DNA of 64,000 nt, from the NCBI GenBank assembly GCA_963701075.1, contig OY969559.1, forward strand, positions 1,280,001 through 1,344,000, read 5' to 3'. The notes under the pieces were generated by a model that worked only from the letters and a program-made list of their open reading frames with translations, ran no database searches and was not told where the DNA came from. This stretch comes from an uncultured Nitrososphaerota archaeon (GTDB lineage: Archaea > Thermoproteota > Nitrososphaeria > Nitrososphaerales > Nitrosopumilaceae). The position numbers were made by a program, and so were the translations under genes. Shown one piece after another: positions 29,200 to 39,325 of the stretch; within the stretch, counting starts at the first letter, position 1; the number at the start of each line of letters is the position of its first letter.

Positions 29200-29799
29200 A
29201 TGAATATGAAATCTAATCATAATGATTTGCAACAATTAGACTGTGTCTTGAATTCATTTATTGTTTCAAAAACAATTCCTTCTCTTAATGTGATCCTTGA
29301 AGAACCTATACGATATTTTCGTAAAAAAACGCAGGCAATTCAAATTACAAATCTGGATTTGCTTATTTCAAATTTTGAAGAAATGGATGTGATGTCAGCA
29401 GTGTATGTCAAATGTAATGGAGATTTGAGTATTGGAGTATTATGGTACATGTTGGAGGAAGAATCAAAACCATTAGCAGTAAAACTACTTGGAGAATCGC
29501 ATTTGAATGAATTTGATAAACTTGCCATTTCATCTATTTCTGAAATTGGAAATATATTGACTGCATCAATTGTTAACGCCATCTGTGCTGAATCTGGGAG
29601 TAAGATTTACTCATCTGTACCTGGTTTTGCCATTGAATCCCTGCGTACATTACTTGAAGCAATAGCCTCTGATTTTGGAGATCAATCTGATATTATAATT
29701 GCGTCTGCTGTAGAGTTCTATGGTATCAATTCAGGAATCAAACTGAAAATGCTTCTTGTTCAAGATCTGAAAGAGGCAAAGAAACTCATAACATGCTAG
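29200..29799 (+). CDS. cheC: Second CheC-family phosphatase
   Basis: SSISEIGNILTASIVNAI motif; directly upstream of cheD. Confidence 0.85.
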   Translation: MNMKSNHNDLQQLDCVLNSFIVSKTIPSLNVILEEPIRYFRKKTQAIQITNLDLLISNFEEMDVMSAVYVKCNGDLSIGVLWYMLEEESKPLAVKLLGESHLNEFDKLAISSISEIGNILTASIVNAICAESGSKIYSSVPGFAIESLRTLLEAIASDFGDQSDIIIASAVEFYGINSGIKLKMLLVQDLKEAKKLITC

Positions 29800-29806
29800 T
29801 TGATTT

Positions 29807-30307
29807 TTGATGAATAGTATTATTGAAGTGAAAATGGGTGGAGTGGCAATAATACATGAGGAAACGGTTGAATTGAAAACTTTTGTAGGTTCATGCGTTG
29901 CAATGTGTCTTTTTGATATTAACGCCAAAATTGCAGCTATGGCTCATGTCATGCTTCCAAAGAAAATAAATGGCAAGCAGCATGTTGCAGAAAACGAAGT
30001 TGGCAAGTTTGCAGATACGGCATTTGCATATATGATAAATAACATGATCCAGATGGGTGCGGATCCTAAAAGAATTCAAGCAAAGATGGCAGGAGGTGCT
30101 ACAATATTTTCTCACGAGTCTGAAACTAGTTTGTTTAATATTGGGTCAAGAAATATTGTAGCTATCAAACAGATTTTAAAAGAAACTGGTATACCACTTA
30201 TCTCTGAAGATACAGGAGCAAATTTTGGTAGATGGGTAATATTTACTCTAAGTTCTGGCGACATGACTATAGTATCAAATCTTAAAAAAACTAGAAAAAC
30301 AATTTGA
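29807..30307 (+). CDS. cheD: Chemoreceptor glutamine deamidase CheD
   Basis: VGSCVA, AHVMLP, KFADTA, AKMAGGA, IGSRN, EDTGANFGR. Confidence 0.95.
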   Translation: MMNSIIEVKMGGVAIIHEETVELKTFVGSCVAMCLFDINAKIAAMAHVMLPKKINGKQHVAENEVGKFADTAFAYMINNMIQMGADPKRIQAKMAGGATIFSHESETSLFNIGSRNIVAIKQILKETGIPLISEDTGANFGRWVIFTLSSGDMTIVSNLKKTRKTI

Positions 30308-30467
30308 ATTTATTTTAATATCTGACTTGAAATGGATGCCTGATAAAATACCGTCATGTCATTGTAATCTTTTCATGATTACAATGAATAGCAATTGACG
30401 TTAAAAGACAATTTCTTAGATAGATAAATAACCTACTTCAAAGAAGTACTACTGGAATGATAGGCAA

Positions 30468-31082
30468 TTGGGAATCCAGCTACTGGATATTGGAAATAAA
30501 TTAATTGTGTTTGCTGTTGTAACCGGAATCTTTCTTCCTGTTAGAATGGTTTTCTATTCTTATGTTTCATCACATTGGATTGGCAGTTTGGGCTTGACCT
30601 CTTCAATTATGCTTGTTATGACATTTCTTGCTCACAAGAATAAACTTGGCCGTTTTGGCAATATCTTTGTAGAACAAATGACAAAAACAATGAGAGGAAG
30701 ATCTGGCAAAATAGCCATGTGTTTTTCATTACTTTTAATTGTCTATCTTGGAAGCACTCTTGTCTGGATTGAAAGGGGAGATACAACATATTCGGATGAA
30801 AAGCAAATTGTTTCTCAACTTGTATTTTCACACTCTGATCTAAGTCCATCTCAAGTACAAGACATGAATAAAATATTACAAGTGCATGAAAACGACATTT
30901 TTTTTGTTTTCGCGCGTTTTGATCAAATCGTTTCAATGACATATGCAATAATGAATGATGTAATGGGAGGATGGCTCTTCAACCTTGATACCATATTATT
31001 AATTGAGCAATTCGAAGTTTTAGGTCTGGTCTTTTTCTACCGGAAATTATATGTCAGTCCTTTGCAGGTGCATGCAAAATGA
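30468..31082 (+). CDS. Hypothetical membrane protein (about 4 TM)
   Basis: 204-aa ORF with hydrophobic segments, downstream of cheD. Confidence 0.75.
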   Translation: MGIQLLDIGNKLIVFAVVTGIFLPVRMVFYSYVSSHWIGSLGLTSSIMLVMTFLAHKNKLGRFGNIFVEQMTKTMRGRSGKIAMCFSLLLIVYLGSTLVWIERGDTTYSDEKQIVSQLVFSHSDLSPSQVQDMNKILQVHENDIFFVFARFDQIVSMTYAIMNDVMGGWLFNLDTILLIEQFEVLGLVFFYRKLYVSPLQVHAK

Positions 31083-31281
31083 TATGTTATCTACGTGGAT
31101 TGAAACAAGAATTTTAGCTCATTCGTACTCTATGTCATAGATCTAACATATTTCATCTTAAAATTGGGCAGCTTGTTTGTTGTAGAAATACGAAATCTTA
31201 CCCAGTAGAGGGATCTTGTAGAATATGATTCATGTACGCTAATTTTATGGTGTGTAAGGTGTGTTTTTTGAAATTAACTTT

Positions 31282-31315
31282 TGTAAATATGAAACACGTT
31301 CGTTCATTTCATACA
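31282..31315. promoter_or_regulatory. Two tandem operator-like sites upstream of histidine kinase
   Basis: TGTAAA-TAT-GAAACA (31282-31296) and CGTTCA-TTT-CATACA (31301-31315); the second ends 43 bp before ATG 31358. Confidence 0.5.
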
Positions 31316-31357
31316 ACCATAAGAGTTAATGTCCCTTTCTAAGTATAAGAGGGTGGG

Positions 31358-32453
31358 ATGACACAGCAACCTACAGAACCTGAGAAAAAATCACTAGTGG
31401 AGGATCTAAGTACTCTCACTGGTAGAGCATTTAAGGAACTGGATTCTACAAGGACGGAACTTCAGGAAAAAGAAAAACTTCTAAATCATTTGGCAGCTGA
31501 ATCCATGGAGAAAATCAAGGAGTTATCAAACATAAATCATGATTTGCAGGACAAGGTTGGCTTTTTGCTTGACCTTAGTGCGTCGTTGAACAAAAAAAAT
31601 GATGAACTTGTCAAGTCTAATCGTGATCTTGAACAACAAAAGTTTCAATATAATAAAATGACAGTAGAATTAAAAGAAAAACTTGACAGAGTTCTTGCTA
31701 AAGAAAAGGAATTGTCTATGCAACGCGACTTTCTTGCAAGGCAAGTAGATGAGAAAACTCAAGACTTGATAAAGGCCGCAAAATTCACTGTCATAGGAGA
31801 ATTAGCTGCACGTCTGGCTCATGATTTGCGTAATCCTCTATCCATAGTAAAAAACACCATGGACATAATGCGTGTAAAGCCAACTATGAGAATAGATGAA
31901 AGATTGCAACATTTTACACGGTTTGACAGAGCTGTACAGAGAATGACTCACCAAATTGATGATGTCTTAAACTTTGTAAAAAGATCCGATTTGACACTTC
32001 AAGTCATATCGATTCTAGCTGTACTCGATGGTGCTATTGTCGGTGTTATGATTCCGCCTGAGGTAGTGATCTCAAAACCCACTTTTGATATACAGATAAA
32101 TTGTGACTCGAGGAAACTTGAAGTCTGTCTTTTCAAATATAATTATTAATGCAATTCAAGCAATGGAGGACAAAGGGACACTAAAGATTAGCATGATAGA
32201 TTTAGGATCAAGCATCCAGTTGGAATTTGAGGATACGGGACTTGGCATACCTGCCGATATACTTCCAAAAATATTTGATCCTCTGTTTACTACAAAACAA
32301 ACAGGAACAGGTCTTGGACTGTCAATTTGTAAAAGTATTGTAGAGCAACATGGTGGTACAATATCTGTGAGATCTCCGCCTACCGTGTTTACTGTAAGGC
32401 TGCCAAAAAATATCTTACCAAGATATGAAGTACATTCTTCTTACACTACTTGA
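31358..32453 (+). pseudogene. Cytoplasmic coiled-coil histidine kinase (HisKA + HATPase); +1 frameshift near 32126
   Basis: H-box LAHDLRNPL; removing one base restores N-box RKLEVVFSNIIINAIQA, then DTGLGI, FDPLFTTKQTGTGLGL. Span 1096 nt = 3n+1. Confidence 0.9.
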
Positions 32454-32486
32454 TTAAGAAAATATTCTATTTGTTAAAAGAAATAC

Positions 32487-32789
32487 TTAACGCAGTTTAC
32501 TCTGTCGTATGATGTGAATGACTCTTCCATCATTTAATGTGTATTGAACAGAGACTATCTTATCTAAAGGAACATCTTTGAATATCTTATCTGATTGCTC
32601 TTTGATGTATTTGTATTCATTTTTGTATATTTCAGGTTCTGTGCTGGACTGGTCAAAGAGAAATTTTGCAATTGCTAATTTTATAATGGTGTTACTTGAA
32701 CAGTTCTTGCTTCTAGATAAGTTATCTACACACGTTATCATGGACTCTGGCATAGTTATGCTCATTACGCTATCAATGCCATGTATCAT
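32487..32789 (-). CDS. Small protein with ribbon-helix-helix-like N-terminus
   Basis: MSITMPESMITCVDNLSRSKNCSSNTIIKLAIAKFL matches the CopG/RHH pattern by eye. Confidence 0.6.
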   Translation of the reverse strand: MIHGIDSVMSITMPESMITCVDNLSRSKNCSSNTIIKLAIAKFLFDQSSTEPEIYKNEYKYIKEQSDKIFKDVPLDKIVSVQYTLNDGRVIHIIRQSKLR

Positions 32790-32859
32790 CAGTATGTAAG
32801 ATAAAACCTGTGGAATTTTTATTCGGGGTTGGGTTCCAAAGTGGAACTGTCAATAAGAT

Positions 32860-33264
32860 TTAATGTATGTTCTTCAGGGCGCATGAATTTTCTATTTTTT
32901 TGACCAAAAACTCTAATGAAAATGGCTTTTGCAATATCTCGATAGAATCTTTTAGTATGGCAGAAGCATCATCTAGAATTCCATTTCCAAATGCAGACGC
33001 AAATATGATTTTTTGATGTGGCCGTAAATCCAGTATCTCTTTTGCTACTTGTACGCCGTTTTTCTTTGGCATGACAAAATCCAGCAAAACTACATCAAAT
33101 GGATATGAATCGACAGAGCAGTTTTCCAACGCTTTTTTGTATTTTGATATACATTCCTCGCCGTCTCTTGCTACTGTGATAACATGCTGATTTTTTTCAA
33201 ACACTTTTCTGTATTGCAGAGCTGCGAATTCATTATCTTCGCCTGATAATATTCTGAGTCCCAT
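32860..33264 (-). CDS. Stand-alone response regulator receiver
   Basis: ILSGEDN, FDVVLLDFVMPKKNG, IIFASA, LQKPF. Confidence 0.92.
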   Translation of the reverse strand: MGLRILSGEDNEFAALQYRKVFEKNQHVITVARDGEECISKYKKALENCSVDSYPFDVVLLDFVMPKKNGVQVAKEILDLRPHQKIIFASAFGNGILDDASAILKDSIEILQKPFSLEFLVKKIENSCALKNIH

Positions 33265-33305
33265 ACTGTGGCTTTATTTGTATAGTTGATAAATTAATAC
33301 TAGTC

Positions 33306-33320
33306 TGTTCATGGTGCACA
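33306..33320. promoter_or_regulatory. Palindromic operator-like site upstream of receiver gene
   Basis: TGTTCA-TGG-TGCACA, 42 bp upstream of ATG 33264 and 7-8 bp upstream of minus-strand ATTAATTTAT. Confidence 0.6.
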
Positions 33321-33325
33321 AACAT

Positions 33326-34792
33326 CTAGTTGAAAAGAGATTTCTGAATCTTCTCATTATTTCTATGATGCGTCATAGGGATGGAAAAAAGTATGGTGGC
33401 TCCACCGTCTGGATTGTTGTATGCCTGGATATTTCCATCGTGAGCGTCTATGATTCCCTTGCAGATGTATAACCCCAAACCACTGCCATCTAGATTTTCT
33501 CTTTTGTGACTTTTTGTGGCAAATTTGTTGAATATTTTATGGAATATCTCTGGATGTATCCCAATACCAGTATCACTAACTCTGACCTCTACCATGTTGT
33601 TATCATTGAGAGACGATGTTATGAGTATGCTTCCACTACGTGTAAATTTTATCGCGTTATTGAGTATGTTTCTAATAACTTGACCGATACGTACCTTGTC
33701 AGCCTCAACCTCGATATTTCCTGACAATTCTGTTTTTATTGATACGTTCTCATTTACACTTACTCGTGCTGCTTCGGATATGTCAGATATGAGTATATTA
33801 AGATTGAATTTTTCAATTGACATCTGTAGTCTACTGTTATCTATTTTTCCTATGTCCAGCATCTTGTTTGCTACTTCTTCAATTTGACGAGCCTGCTTTG
33901 CGATTCCGGAAAGGGCTTCTTCTTTATCCATATCTCCACATTTTGCAAGTTCCACAAAGCCGTATATTGGATTAAGCGGACTTTTAAGCTCGTGAGATGC
34001 TTCACTAATGAATTCATCTTTTAATATGTTTAATTTTTTGAGTTTTTCATTTGCTTTTTGAAGTGATTTCGTTTTTTTGATTACCTCATCTACTAAATCT
34101 CTATTTATCTGATTTACAAAATAGCCAGATATTAAAGAAATGATGCCAGCTGATATTATCATGATAATTTCCAATGTTAAAGATTTTTGCTTGTTTTCAT
34201 CTACCGCGGTTTCTATATTTTGATATGATGATTCTGTATCTCGTAAAAGATCATTTTGCTTTGCATATAGTGATTCTCCCTTGATCTTTAAATCTGCTGC
34301 AAGGGTATCTAGTTTCGCATTGTCAATCTTGTCATCTGATTGAAAAATATTATTTGCCGACTGTTCATATTCAGTATTGAGTTCTTCTATCTCTGTCATC
34401 TTTGTTAAAGTAAGATTAAACTGTGAACCTACGTACTCTTGAGGTAATATGTCCATCCCTATTTTCATGATGTTTTCTGCTTGCATGATCTGATTGTTCA
34501 TAAGATTGTTGTAATTCTGAAATTCATTCTCTGATGACTGAAATCCCAGCATATCTTTTATTTGTAAAGATCTTATTGCATTATTGGATAAGATTTCCTG
34601 ATTTTTTTGAATGTTACTCATCTGAATTATTGTCTTTTCAAGCGGTGTGTTAAAGTCTGTTACAATCCTCATCTGGTTGCTAAAAGTATAGGTAGTAGAG
34701 ATACTCAGAGATATTGCAATCCCTAGCATTAATATTATGATGCCAACTGATGCGCCAATTCTAAAACCATTACTTGCCTTTTGATATTTCAT
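33326..34792 (-). CDS. Membrane-bound sensor histidine kinase (2 TM, helical extracellular sensor)
   Basis: ASHELKSPL, NILNNAIKFT, DTGIGI, GSGLGL. Confidence 0.95.
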   Translation of the reverse strand: MKYQKASNGFRIGASVGIIILMLGIAISLSISTTYTFSNQMRIVTDFNTPLEKTIIQMSNIQKNQEILSNNAIRSLQIKDMLGFQSSENEFQNYNNLMNNQIMQAENIMKIGMDILPQEYVGSQFNLTLTKMTEIEELNTEYEQSANNIFQSDDKIDNAKLDTLAADLKIKGESLYAKQNDLLRDTESSYQNIETAVDENKQKSLTLEIIMIISAGIISLISGYFVNQINRDLVDEVIKKTKSLQKANEKLKKLNILKDEFISEASHELKSPLNPIYGFVELAKCGDMDKEEALSGIAKQARQIEEVANKMLDIGKIDNSRLQMSIEKFNLNILISDISEAARVSVNENVSIKTELSGNIEVEADKVRIGQVIRNILNNAIKFTRSGSILITSSLNDNNMVEVRVSDTGIGIHPEIFHKIFNKFATKSHKRENLDGSGLGLYICKGIIDAHDGNIQAYNNPDGGATILFSIPMTHHRNNEKIQKSLFN

Positions 34793-34819
34793 GATTATCG
34801 TCTCACATAAACTCTAGAA

Positions 34820-35299
34820 TCATACCGATCTACCAGGGCCTACAGGTATTGAAGTTCCAGAATATCCATCCCAGTCTTTGAACCCGCGTCCCACGATCTC
34901 TCTCCACATGCTAATGGCCCACCCCTCAACTTGGAAAATTAAAGCTTGTAATGTGAATGGTTTATTCATGACTTCTACTGGCTCTTCAAGACTGCGTAAT
35001 TTTTTGACGACTTCTGTTCCATAGCCCGTGATGAAGATTATTCGTTGTTTTGAGTTTACTCTTTGAATTTCTCTTGCTACGTCCATTCCATCCATTCCAG
35101 GCATTTTCTGATCTAGTATTACTACATCAAAAAATGATTCGACTTTTTTATTGGTATTTCTTAGAGAATCTGAATATGTTTGAAGACATTCTATGCCGTC
35201 TCTTGCTGTTGTAACAATATGCCCTCTATTTTCAAGTGCAATCTTGTATGTATCTGCTAAGTCTTGACTATCTTCTGCAACAAGTATCCTTAAGGCCAT
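34820..35299 (-). CDS. Stand-alone response regulator receiver with short C-terminal tail
   Basis: ILVAEDS, FDVVILDQKMPGMDG, IIFITG, NKPF. Confidence 0.92.
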   Translation of the reverse strand: MALRILVAEDSQDLADTYKIALENRGHIVTTARDGIECLQTYSDSLRNTNKKVESFFDVVILDQKMPGMDGMDVAREIQRVNSKQRIIFITGYGTEVVKKLRSLEEPVEVMNKPFTLQALIFQVEGWAISMWREIVGRGFKDWDGYSGTSIPVGPGRSV

Positions 35300-35344
35300 C
35301 TTAACACATCTAATTTATGTGTAAAATATTTCCATATAGTACCT

Positions 35345-35363
35345 TGTTTGTTTGGAACAAACA
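35345..35363. promoter_or_regulatory. Perfect palindromic site upstream of receiver/kinase operon
   Basis: TGTTTGTT-TGG-AACAAACA, containing TGTTTG-GAA-CAAACA; 46-50 bp upstream of ATG 35299. Confidence 0.62.
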
Positions 35364-35400
35364 TATAGTGATGGAATAACGACGCTATATTTTTTAGAAC

Positions 35401-37416
35401 TTAATTCATTAACCTCATGAATCTTTTGTCGATCCTAAATCCTTCAAGATCTTTTTCATCTCTTAAAACCTCTTTATATCTTGAATCCATTGAAATCATA
35501 AATTCCAATAGGTTGAAAGATTCTTCCTTTCTTCCGTCCTTTAACATGGCACATGATTTGTAATAAATTGCGTTCGTATTGATGGGGTTGGATAAGAGTA
35601 TCTTGTCAAAGCACTCTATTGCATCGTTATATCTTCCAATTGATGATAACAATCTTCCTTTCTGGCATAATGTATTTCCATAGTTGTTATCGTATTCTAT
35701 TATTTTATCGTAACATAATAACGCCTCTTCAAACAGATCCAGAGACTCTAGTGCCAATCCTTTGTTGTATAATGCAGGTATGTGGGTTGAATTTACACTC
35801 AATATCTTGTCAAAGCACTCTATTGCCTCTTCCCGCCTTGTCATTTCTGAAAGCAAGATCCCTTTGTGGTATAGAGATGGCATGTGATTTGGGTTGATAT
35901 TCAATACCGAGTCAAAAGATACTATGGCTAAATCTAAAAGACCGACTTTTGTTAGTACAATCCCTTTGTGAAACAACGAAGGCAGATGATTCGCATTGAT
36001 ACGCAACACTGCATCATAACACATTATGGCATCATCGAAATGTTCTAGTGATTCGCACATCGTTCCCTTGTTATATAATGCAGGAATATTACCTTGATTG
36101 ATTCCAATCGCTCTGTTGAAACAATCTATGGCTTTTTGTGGATTGATTTCTGATAATGCCATTCCTTTATTGTGCCAAGATAACTCATGGGTTGAATTTA
36201 CACTCAATATCTTGTCAAAGCACTCTATTGCCTCTTCCCGCCTTGTCATTTCTAGCAATGCCAATCCTTTGTTGTATAATGCAGGTATGTGGGTTGAATT
36301 TACACTCAATATCTTGTCAAAGCACTCTATTGCCTCTTCAAACAGATCCAGAGACTCTAGTGCCAATCCTTTGTTGTATAATGCAGGTATGTGGGTTGAA
36401 TTTACACTCAATATCTTGTCAAAGCACTCTATTGCCTCTTCCCGCCTTGTCATTTCTGAAAGCAAGATCCCTTTGTGGTATAGAGATGGCATGTGATTTG
36501 GGTTGATATTCAATACCGAGTCAAAAGATACTATGGCTAAATCTAAAAGACCGACTTTTGTTAGTACAATCCCTTTGTGAAACAACGAAGGCAGATGATT
36601 CGCATTGATACGCAACACTGCATCATAACACATTATGGCATCATCGAAATGTTCTAGTGATTCGCACATCGTTCCCTTGTTATATAATGCAGGAATATTA
36701 CCTTGATTGATTCCAATCGCTCTGTTGAAACAATCTATGGCTTTTTGTGGATTGATTTCTGATAATGCCATTCCTTTATTGTGCCAAGATAACTCATGGG
36801 TTGAATTTACACTCAATATCTTGTCAAAGCACTCTATTGCCTCTTCCCGCCTTGTCATTTCTAGCAATGCCAATCCTTTGTTGTATAATGCAGGTATGTG
36901 GGTTGAATTTACACTCAATATCTTGTCAAAGCACTCTATTGCCTCTTCCCGCCTTGTCATTTCTGAAAGCAAGACCCCCTTTTTGTATAATATATTGACA
37001 TTGTAACGATCTATGTACAATATACTTTCACAAGATTCTATTGCTTGTTCGAGTTTACCTGATGATTCTTGAATGATTACTTTACAGTAAATTGCTTTCG
37101 TATTGTTGGGCTGTAATTTTATTATGTTTTCTATTTGTTCAAGTGCATCATCATAATTTCTTGTATTGTAGAAAAAATTACATAATCCAAATTCTATTTC
37201 TGTGGATAGTTTAGTAGATTTTATATTGCAATTGCTTTTCTGTGTTAACTTTTTATAAAGTCTTATCAAAGATTCCAATTTCTCTTTTTCTTTATGGGGA
37301 ATTTCTATTTTTATAAGGTCGTAATTAGTAATCAACAGTGTCTTTTTTACAATACATTTGATAATATTAGATATGAGCGATATTTGTAATTGGGATTTTT
37401 CTAGGTCTGAATACAT
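35401..37416 (-). CDS. Tetratricopeptide-repeat protein (about 16 TPRs)
   Basis: Repeated 34-aa units ALYNKGLAL...EEAIECFDKIL. Confidence 0.93.
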   Translation of the reverse strand: MYSDLEKSQLQISLISNIIKCIVKKTLLITNYDLIKIEIPHKEKEKLESLIRLYKKLTQKSNCNIKSTKLSTEIEFGLCNFFYNTRNYDDALEQIENIIKLQPNNTKAIYCKVIIQESSGKLEQAIESCESILYIDRYNVNILYKKGVLLSEMTRREEAIECFDKILSVNSTHIPALYNKGLALLEMTRREEAIECFDKILSVNSTHELSWHNKGMALSEINPQKAIDCFNRAIGINQGNIPALYNKGTMCESLEHFDDAIMCYDAVLRINANHLPSLFHKGIVLTKVGLLDLAIVSFDSVLNINPNHMPSLYHKGILLSEMTRREEAIECFDKILSVNSTHIPALYNKGLALESLDLFEEAIECFDKILSVNSTHIPALYNKGLALLEMTRREEAIECFDKILSVNSTHELSWHNKGMALSEINPQKAIDCFNRAIGINQGNIPALYNKGTMCESLEHFDDAIMCYDAVLRINANHLPSLFHKGIVLTKVGLLDLAIVSFDSVLNINPNHMPSLYHKGILLSEMTRREEAIECFDKILSVNSTHIPALYNKGLALESLDLFEEALLCYDKIIEYDNNYGNTLCQKGRLLSSIGRYNDAIECFDKILLSNPINTNAIYYKSCAMLKDGRKEESFNLLEFMISMDSRYKEVLRDEKDLEGFRIDKRFMRLMN
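35723..36948. repeat. 609-bp tandem duplication (6 TPRs) plus several nucleotide-identical TPR sub-blocks
   Basis: GCCTCTTCAAACAGATCC at 35723 recurs at 36332; the block GGGTTGAATTTACACTCAATATCTTGTCAAAGCACTCTATTGCCTCTTC recurs 6 times. Confidence 0.92.
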
Positions 37417-37574
37417 TTCATCACATCTACTGGCTAAAACAAAAATCTCTTATTCTGTTCAACCGTTGATATCTGACAATGTAAATCATAGGTTAAAAGT
37501 GATTGATTGCGCAAATCGAATGAGCTTGTGAGAGACAGTGTAGTAAAAAGCAATATCATTTAAAAACTTGTAAT

Positions 37575-39188
37575 TTACTCGTTAATTTTGCAATCTGATA
37601 ATGGTATTGAAAAATTCTCAAAAAACTTTCCAACATCCGTCTTTTTAATAGTGCATGTCACATACAAAAGGTTCAGACTGGAATCATTTTCCTGCGTGGC
37701 GTTGTTTGTTTGATTTGCAAACTTGCTCAATGAATCAGTAAGATTTCCCAAATCTGCTCCTGAAAATGATAAATTTGTACTGTTATCGATTGTAGAATTT
37801 CTATATAGTATATTCTGGAGCTCTTGCGGAGTTATGCCAAACGTAGCGTTTTTGCCAATGATCTGTTGTAATTCATCAGGGGTCATATTGAGAGTGGCAT
37901 TCTTACCTACTATTTCTTGTAGCTCTTGAGGAGTCATGCCTAACATATTGTTATTTGAGGAAAGTTCGTCTGATGACATGTTGTTGACAGATTCTCCAAT
38001 GAGTTGTTGGATTTGAGCTTGCGTCATATTGAGAGTGGCATTCTTACCTACTATTTCTTGTAGCTCTTGCGGAGTTATGCCAAACGTAGCGTTTTTGCCA
38101 ATGATCTGTTGTAACTGATCGGATGTAATGTTGAGTTTGGTGTTATTATCTATTGATATTTCGGGATATGAGACATTGGTTTGATTTGTAGATAATACAT
38201 CCGATGAAGAATTTGAATTGGAAAGATCTATTGAAACAACATTGTTTGAGAAAAGACTAGACACATAAAGTTTGTTAGTAAGAGAATTTATGGCAATATT
38301 TCTGGATGATATGCCCGAATTAATCTCATTCAATACCTTATTTGAATTTCCGTCTATCTCAAATATGGTTCCTGTTTGTTCATTAGCTTCGTATATCCTA
38401 TTAGTTATTGGATTAATTGCTATTGCTGATGAACCTGACATTGTTGGTATGGAGGTTATCAAGCTATTTGTAGTGCCATTGATAACTGATATGGAACCGG
38501 AATTCCAGCAAGTCACATATGCCAAATTGCTGATTGGATTTACTGCCACCCCCCACGGGCCTCCGTCTATTGGTACGGTAGAAATTATTTTGTTTATGTT
38601 TCCATCAATTACAGTAAGAGAGTTTGATAAACTATCTGGCACATAGATTCTATTGGTAAAAGGATTTACTGCCACCCCCCACGGGCCGTTTCCTACTGGT
38701 ATATTTGTTAATACTGTATTGTCAGATCCATTAATGACTGATACTGAATTGGATATCAAATTTGTAACATAAATTAGATTGGTGGAAGGATTTACTGCCA
38801 CCCCCCACGGGCTGTTCTGCACATGTATATTTGTTACAATCTTGTTTGTATCGCCATTTATTATTGATACCTCATTTGAGAATCGGTTAGTAACATACGC
38901 CATATTTGTAAGTGGATTGATATCTATATGCGCAGACCCCGCGCCAACTAGAAATCCATTCTGATCAAGCGGTATGTCAGTTATTTTTTTATCTACTGAT
39001 CCATCGATGGCTGTAACAAAACTGAATACATAGCTAGTGACGTATATTCTATTGGTCGTCGGATTTACCGTCATCCCGCTGCTTCCCCATCCAACATTTA
39101 TGTTCGACATTGAACCTGATGCATATTGGATAGCAATGATGCTTACTATGGCCCCAGCTATTGCTAAGGCATACAGGCCTTTTCTCAT
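37575..39188 (-). CDS. Secreted YncE/YVTN beta-propeller protein with C-terminal helical repeats
   Basis: Signal peptide MRKGLYALAIAG; PWGVAVNP.TN.IYV blades; C-terminal (I/M)TPQELQ.I.GKNAT repeats. Confidence 0.9.
   Translation of the reverse strand: MRKGLYALAIAGAIVSIIAIQYASGSMSNINVGWGSSGMTVNPTTNRIYVTSYVFSFVTAIDGSVDKKITDIPLDQNGFLVGAGSAHIDINPLTNMAYVTNRFSNEVSIINGDTNKIVTNIHVQNSPWGVAVNPSTNLIYVTNLISNSVSVINGSDNTVLTNIPVGNGPWGVAVNPFTNRIYVPDSLSNSLTVIDGNINKIISTVPIDGGPWGVAVNPISNLAYVTCWNSGSISVINGTTNSLITSIPTMSGSSAIAINPITNRIYEANEQTGTIFEIDGNSNKVLNEINSGISSRNIAINSLTNKLYVSSLFSNNVVSIDLSNSNSSSDVLSTNQTNVSYPEISIDNNTKLNITSDQLQQIIGKNATFGITPQELQEIVGKNATLNMTQAQIQQLIGESVNNMSSDELSSNNNMLGMTPQELQEIVGKNATLNMTPDELQQIIGKNATFGITPQELQNILYRNSTIDNSTNLSFSGADLGNLTDSLSKFANQTNNATQENDSSLNLLYVTCTIKKTDVGKFFENFSIPLSDCKINE
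37819..38114. repeat. Shuffled perfect repeats encoding 17-aa units (53 bp: 37819-37871 = 38062-38114; 47 bp: 37882-37928 = 38023-38069)
   Basis: Direct visual alignment. Confidence 0.85.
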
Positions 39189-39271
39189 GTAATCTGAACT
39201 GCTATGAAACATAATTAATTGGTGGGTGGATGTTATGAACAAAAAATACGTCAATTTGGCCTTTTTATGTG

Positions 39272-39325
39272 AAAAAATAGGACTGGGAACCGGAACATTG
39301 GGAATGATAGTTAGGTCCCCAGCAC
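39272..39325 (-). ncRNA. Candidate small structured RNA or attenuator (GC-rich stem-loop followed by a T-tract)
   Basis: Minus strand GCTGGGGACC-(22 nt)-GGTTCCCAGT-CCTATTTTTTC; 10-bp stem with two G:U pairs; TTAATTTA about 25 bp upstream. Confidence 0.3.

Noticed and set aside
35723-38812. CRISPR array suggested by regularly spaced repeats
   Set aside because: Repeats are in-frame parts of TPR and propeller coding sequences with codon-multiple periods; no unique spacers and no cas genes.
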